Positions 59,667 to 64,000 of a DNA stretch of 64,000 nucleotides are shown here, in pieces. The notes beneath the pieces are model-generated. The model had not been told where the DNA came from and searched no databases. It worked only from the letters and a program-made list of their open reading frames with translations. The stretch covers positions 48,927 to 112,926 of the IMG/VR virus record IMGVR_UViG_3300018432_000013. One strand, given 5' to 3'. A program made the position numbers and the translations under genes. Each line of letters opens with the position of its first letter. The first letter of the stretch is position 1. The stretch comes from a virus.

Positions 59667-61484
59667 TTACTCCGCAACGTCCGTAGCAGCAGGCTGCGCA
59701 TGGCGCTTCCGAAACCGCTCCGCGCGCTTGCTGGGCTTGCGAGCGGGTGCGGGGTTTGTCGCGTCACCGGAGTGATCACGTGTGAACCGACGCAGCAGAT
59801 TGATGGCTGCGTTATGATCCTGATCCCACAGCTCACCGCAGTACTCGCAACGATGCCAGAGCTCTTCGCCCTGCTCCCACGAGCAAACGCCTCCGCACGC
59901 ATGGCAATGGCTCGTGGTGCCGCTCGCATCGACGCTGATGACGAGCCCGCCTTCGCGTTGCACTGCCTGCGTGAGGCACTGCCGAAACTCGCCGGGTGCG
60001 CTCGCATGCAGCTGCGCGCGCTGCGCGAGCGGCGCATCCTCGCCTTGCTCCGGGGCCTTCAAGCGCTTGGCCGTCGCCAGATCGAACTGCTCAATCACCA
60101 CACGCCCATAGGCGCGCGCGATCTGCGCAGCGGTGCAGCGGTAGAGCTCGCGCCGCGCAAGCAGTGCCTTACGCTGCGCATCGACCTCCCACTGATACAG
60201 GTGCCGCGAACGATGCAGCCAGCGCTCCATGGCCGCGAAGATGCGCTCGTCTCCTACGAAGCGCGTACGCCGCCAGTCGAGCACGAGACGCCGTAGCCGC
60301 CCGTGTGAGCGCCACTGCCCGAGGTGCGGGCGCTCCCGTGCAAGCCACTCCGGGGCCTTTCCCGCATCGAGCCAGCGAGCGAGCCAGCGGACGGCGCGGT
60401 TGAAGTGCAGATCTTGAATCTCCCTCAAGTCTCGTGCCTTGCGCAGACGCATCCGCACTGACTCCGGCATCACCACCTCACGGTGATTTCCTTGGTCGTC
60501 AGCGCAGTAGGCCACGCGCAAGCTCCCGTCAGGGCGCTGTCGCCAGCCGAGATCGAGTGCCACGATTCCCGGGCGCTCAGGCATCACTGCCGGCTCGCGC
60601 GCGTACGTGACGCTGACCGTCCACTGCTCACGAAAACCGAGGACACGAAGGCGCACCACCGCGCCTTTGATGCGCGCATCGTCAGGGATCGGGCGGTGAA
60701 GGATCAAAGGGAACACCGCCCAGACAGGCGAACGCCCTGCACTCTCCACGCGCATCCACAAGCGCGTGCGTGAACAGCGACGACGCACCCCTCGCGACGA
60801 CGCATGCCACGCATCAGGCGATACGGGCTCGATGCGCAGCCGCGTGTCCTCGCAGCCGTAGAGCTCGGCGACAGTCATGCCGCCTTGGACCTGCACACCG
60901 ATGCGCCCTTCTGCACTGCCTTCGCCGGCCGCAGAGATGCGCTCACGACCGCGCGCACGGCGAAACGACGGATCGATGGTCGCCTTACGGGCCTGCTCGG
61001 CCGAGGCTTCTTCAAGCAGGTACGTTCCCCACCACGGCGCGCGCATCGCACGCAGCGCCTTGCTCCAAATCTTCGCGCGCTCGTCGAGCTGTTCGACGGC
61101 TGCACGCAGCTCAGCATTATCGCGCGCTGCCTGGCGGGCGTCTTTCAATGCGACGCGTGCGACTCGCAAGGCACTCTGCACGTCCTTGGCACGCTGATCG
61201 AGGTCCGCCGTATCGACGCGGCGACGCGCTTCCTTGCGTACGCCCTTGATGGCTTCGCGCAGGCTCATCAGCTCCGCAGCAAGCTCCTCGACCCGCGCCT
61301 CGACTGACTCGAGATCCACGTACTTTCGCCGCAGGTCGCGATAGACCGCGCGTCGGCAACGCTCCAGCGCGATGAGCTCATTGTAATACCGGGCGCCAAG
61401 GCGCATCTGCTGACGCACGACATCTGCGTTTTCGATCGGCGCAAGGCAACCGTACTGCGCAACGCGTGCTTCGAGTGTGGTCAT
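59667..61484 (-). CDS. cas12m: Compact type V CRISPR effector, Cas12m (V-M / V-U1)-like, TnpB-derived RuvC protein
   Basis: 605 aa; long N-terminal coiled coil, IGVQVQ, LHRPIP.DA.I, RuvC-I VALDLGWR, QWRS, RuvC-II VVIE, APG, Zn finger CHAC/CEYC, RuvC-III WDQDHNAA; abuts the array. Confidence 0.82.
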   Translation of the reverse strand: MTTLEARVAQYGCLAPIENADVVRQQMRLGARYYNELIALERCRRAVYRDLRRKYVDLESVEARVEELAAELMSLREAIKGVRKEARRRVDTADLDQRAKDVQSALRVARVALKDARQAARDNAELRAAVEQLDERAKIWSKALRAMRAPWWGTYLLEEASAEQARKATIDPSFRRARGRERISAAGEGSAEGRIGVQVQGGMTVAELYGCEDTRLRIEPVSPDAWHASSRGVRRRCSRTRLWMRVESAGRSPVWAVFPLILHRPIPDDARIKGAVVRLRVLGFREQWTVSVTYAREPAVMPERPGIVALDLGWRQRPDGSLRVAYCADDQGNHREVVMPESVRMRLRKARDLREIQDLHFNRAVRWLARWLDAGKAPEWLARERPHLGQWRSHGRLRRLVLDWRRTRFVGDERIFAAMERWLHRSRHLYQWEVDAQRKALLARRELYRCTAAQIARAYGRVVIEQFDLATAKRLKAPEQGEDAPLAQRAQLHASAPGEFRQCLTQAVQREGGLVISVDASGTTSHCHACGGVCSWEQGEELWHRCEYCGELWDQDHNAAINLLRRFTRDHSGDATNPAPARKPSKRAERFRKRHAQPAATDVAE

Positions 61485-61491
61485 GGGTCCC

Positions 61492-61995
61492 CTACCCTTT
61501 CGGCCCCGTGCCGAGCATCAACGCCGGCATCTCACCGCTGTCGTACGCCAGCTGCAACTTCGGTTTGACTGCTTCTGCCATGGTCGAGCCGTCAGGCAAA
61601 AGGATGTCGCCCAAAAACGTGGCCTCGAAGTCGGCGTCGCCCGAAGCGACCGCCTCGAGCCGCGCCTTCAGGATGAGAACAGCAGCGCGCCAGCGACGCC
61701 GCCACTCCTTCTCCTGCAGCGGTTTGATCTGCGCCGCTGTTCGCTTCCGCCAAGGCGCCTTCGGATCGAAAAGCACGTACGGCTCTGCCTCAGGAAAGCG
61801 GACGAACTGCTTCAACATGCGCCCGCGCATGCGATACATGACCGTCCAGCCGGCGTCGGCCATGTGAAGCCCGATCTCCGCGGCGCCGTGCTTTCTCAGC
61901 AGGTCCTCAAGCTCAGCACGCGAGCGCTCAACGGGCACATCGGTGCCCTCTGCGAACCGACGCGTCCTGGGAGGCGCTTCCACCCTCCCCTTCAT
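61492..61995 (-). CDS. Conserved phage hypothetical protein
   Basis: T.VPVERSRAELEDLLRKHGA...RWR...LKARLEAV.SG...FL..ILLPDG.T. Confidence 0.75.
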   Translation of the reverse strand: MKGRVEAPPRTRRFAEGTDVPVERSRAELEDLLRKHGAAEIGLHMADAGWTVMYRMRGRMLKQFVRFPEAEPYVLFDPKAPWRKRTAAQIKPLQEKEWRRRWRAAVLILKARLEAVASGDADFEATFLGDILLPDGSTMAEAVKPKLQLAYDSGEMPALMLGTGPKG

Positions 61996-62582
61996 GACCG
62001 CGCCTCCTTGATGCGCTTCACCTGATCGGGATGCGGAATGCCGCTCTTAGCGAGCCACTCCGTCACCGCCTTCTCGACGACGTGGCTGAGCGTGACCCGC
62101 TCAAGCGCTGCGGCGAGGTCGAGCCAGTCGAGCAGGCCGGTCTCGAAGTGGATGGTGGTCACGCGCGTTTGCCTCGTGCCGCCCCGCAGCGTGCGCGGGT
62201 TGCGCTTGGTGCCGGGCTTGGTCTCCGGCAGTGATATCACGGTTTCACGACGTTTCGACGCCTTGGGCTTTGGCTTCTTCGCTGGCTTGGCTGCTTGAGA
62301 CTCGACCACCGTGGTTACTTGTTGGTCTGCAGGTTTGACCGCTTGGCGCTCCGGAGGCGTAGAGGCTTGCGACTCCACCGCAACAACAGCCTGCTCGCTT
62401 GCCGGCGCGTCCGGAGACTGCTCTTCCGGAGCAATCGTATCTTTCCCAGCAGCGCCCTTCCCTGCCGCGGCAACGCGTGCGCGAAACGCCGCGCGCGTCT
62501 CGGCAGTTGGCGTGATGCGGCGCATCGATTGCACCGCGAGTCCAGCAGCGAGCTGCGCTGCCTCCTCATCCCTGCGTGACAT
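61992..62582 (-). CDS. ParA partner (ParG-like centromere-binding protein, C-terminal RHH)
   Basis: Disordered N-terminus; TTIHFETGLLDWLDLAAALERVTLSHVVEKAVTEWL; overlaps the parA end. Confidence 0.7.
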   Translation of the reverse strand: MSRRDEEAAQLAAGLAVQSMRRITPTAETRAAFRARVAAAGKGAAGKDTIAPEEQSPDAPASEQAVVAVESQASTPPERQAVKPADQQVTTVVESQAAKPAKKPKPKASKRRETVISLPETKPGTKRNPRTLRGGTRQTRVTTIHFETGLLDWLDLAAALERVTLSHVVEKAVTEWLAKSGIPHPDQVKRIKEARS

Positions 62583-63267
62583 GCTCACTCCCCTCAACCT
62601 CTCTCTGGCGACGCGCACGCATCCCGGGCAACAGCTCTTCAAGCTCGTCGACGAGCGCTCGGAACTCCTGCGCCGCAGGTGACTTGGGCTTGTGCGACGT
62701 GATCCCGCGGCCCAGCACGGTGGCCGTGTTGTAGTCGTTGCTGTGCTTGAGCTCCGTTCGAAGCTTCGGCATCGAGTGCTTTCCGAGCGCGATGCGCGCG
62801 GCCTCGCTGATCTTGGTGCTGGTCTTTCCGGTGATCGCGATGAAGGCCTGAAGCTCTGGCCGTAGCTCCCGTTGCGCATCAGCGACCACCGCAAGCGTGT
62901 CGGCGAGGCCCCAGATATCCTCCGGCTTCGTCGGGTTGACCGGAATGAGCGCCAGGTCGGCGAGCTCAAGCGCGGTCGCCAGCCGGTCGTTGAGCGCGCC
63001 CTGGGTGTCGACGATGAGCACATCGCACTGCGCTGCGTAGTGCCGGATCCGCTCCTCCATGTTGTTGTCGTCGACCCCGTACACGGGAGGCACGAGGGTG
63101 TGAAAGGCGGCTGCGAGCCCCGCCCAATGCGTCGCTGTCCCCTGTGGATCCGCGTCGATCACAATCACGCGCTGGCCACGCAGCGCCCACTCGACCGAGC
63201 AGTGACGCGCGAAGAAGGTCTTCCCGGAGCCACCCTTTTGCACACAAGCCACCACGATGTCGCCCAT
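62566..63267 (-). CDS. parA: ParA-family partition ATPase (short plasmid type Ib)
   Basis: QKGGSGKT, IDADPQG, IVDT, ADLALIP, SPAAQE. Confidence 0.9.
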   Translation of the reverse strand: MGDIVVACVQKGGSGKTFFARHCSVEWALRGQRVIVIDADPQGTATHWAGLAAAFHTLVPPVYGVDDNNMEERIRHYAAQCDVLIVDTQGALNDRLATALELADLALIPVNPTKPEDIWGLADTLAVVADAQRELRPELQAFIAITGKTSTKISEAARIALGKHSMPKLRTELKHSNDYNTATVLGRGITSHKPKSPAAQEFRALVDELEELLPGMRARRQREVEGSEHVTQG

Positions 63268-63762
63268 GCAAGCGACTATGCTGTTGTGGTTCGGGAACGG
63301 TCAAGAACCGGGCCGACAAAACGTCAGCGTATCAAGTAAGCTAAAGCCCTAAAGCGCGAGGTATCGAGGCGGTTCCAACTCAAAAGGCTTTGGCGATACG
63401 AACTCGCGGGCCCGAACCATCGTGATATCACGACACCGCAGTGGCTTGCTTTTTCGAGTCTCTGGTTTCTCGAAGCTGTGCGCTCACGATTCTGAAGCGC
63501 CCTGGCCTCGCGCCCCTTTGGCGCCGCGAGAGCACGCCTTCATGGCCGTCCGCTTGTAAAGCTGTTCATCAGTACGTGTTCGAAGTGGTACTCCGCTTTA
63601 GGCTTGAGCCGCTATGGTGCCTCGCAGCTCTGTTGCTTGGGCACCGCAGTGGTTGAGCTGTAAAGTGCGACGGCTTCAAAGCGCTGCGATGGTATGGTTG
63701 CGCGGGTGTTCGGCGTTGTGGTGCGTGGGGAGATCCCACGACAGCCTTCCGGGAAGTGGCCC

Positions 63763-64000
63763 ATGAATCAGAGCCGACCATTCCTCAAGACGAGCGTGCC
63801 GGCGCAGCGGCCCCAGGAGACCATCGTCACGCTCTGCGGCGACACGGTGAAGACGTTCCGGCCACTGAGTCCGGAGCATCGCCTGCGCGGGCGCCTGTTG
63901 CGCGAGGAGCGGGTAGGGCGGGGGCTCTATCTAGGAGACGCGGCCCAGCTACTGGGTGTGACGCTCTGTGAGCTCAGCGAGTGCGAGGCCGGCGTGCGTG
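63763..64000 (+). CDS. XRE-family HTH protein, truncated at window end
   Basis: Translated by hand: LLREERVGRGLYLGDAAQLLGVTLCELSECEAG. Confidence 0.6.
   Translation, partial: MNQSRPFLKTSVPAQRPQETIVTLCGDTVKTFRPLSPEHRLRGRLLREERVGRGLYLGDAAQLLGVTLCELSECEAGVR

Noticed and set aside
57470-60296. ORFs called across the CRISPR array (e.g. 57470-57826, 58222-58761, 59328-60296)
   Set aside because: Translations are repeat-derived (VSASRALSS) or antisense to cas12m
59667-61484. IS200/IS605 TnpB transposon
   Set aside because: Much larger than typical TnpB, no tnpA or IS ends seen, and directly associated with a CRISPR array
63270-63760. parS centromere upstream of parA
   Set aside because: Only weak short repeats (ctaaagc x2); no clear iteron array

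Overview
High-GC segment of a tailed-phage genome, most likely a temperate phage-plasmid. Uma2 paralogues and a DAG-repeat lipoprotein point to a myxobacterial host (inference). Left arm (1-17 kb, minus strand): head and packaging genes (minor head protein, portal, large terminase, with a matrixin-like protease among them), small ORFs, three tandem Uma2 nucleases and an XRE regulator. 17.5-26.5 kb (plus strand): an array of about 20 single small ORFs, each in its own repeated regulatory cassette. The first part uses sigma28/FliA-consensus and sigma70-like promoters sharing an ACGGGAGCAC RBS element; the second part uses a different ~110-bp GCACACGG-rich repeat. 32-50 kb: phage sigma factor, SF2 helicase, DnaB, EndoVII homing nuclease, primase, UDG-PolA fusion, UvsY-like protein, SSB, intein-containing RecA, SbcD-like nuclease and Dam. 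Right end (minus strand): parA, partner gene, conserved ORF, then a 605-aa Cas12m (type V-M/V-U1)-like effector and a ~40-repeat CRISPR array with no cas1/cas2 in the window. The distal array units are compacted but keep the RNA hairpin through compensatory and wobble changes. Five ORFs, a detached two-repeat mini-array and two VapBC pairs follow. The best candidates for an undescribed system are this streamlined multiplex-guide Cas12m locus and the sigma28 cassette array. All calls are by eye from motifs; no database searches were run.
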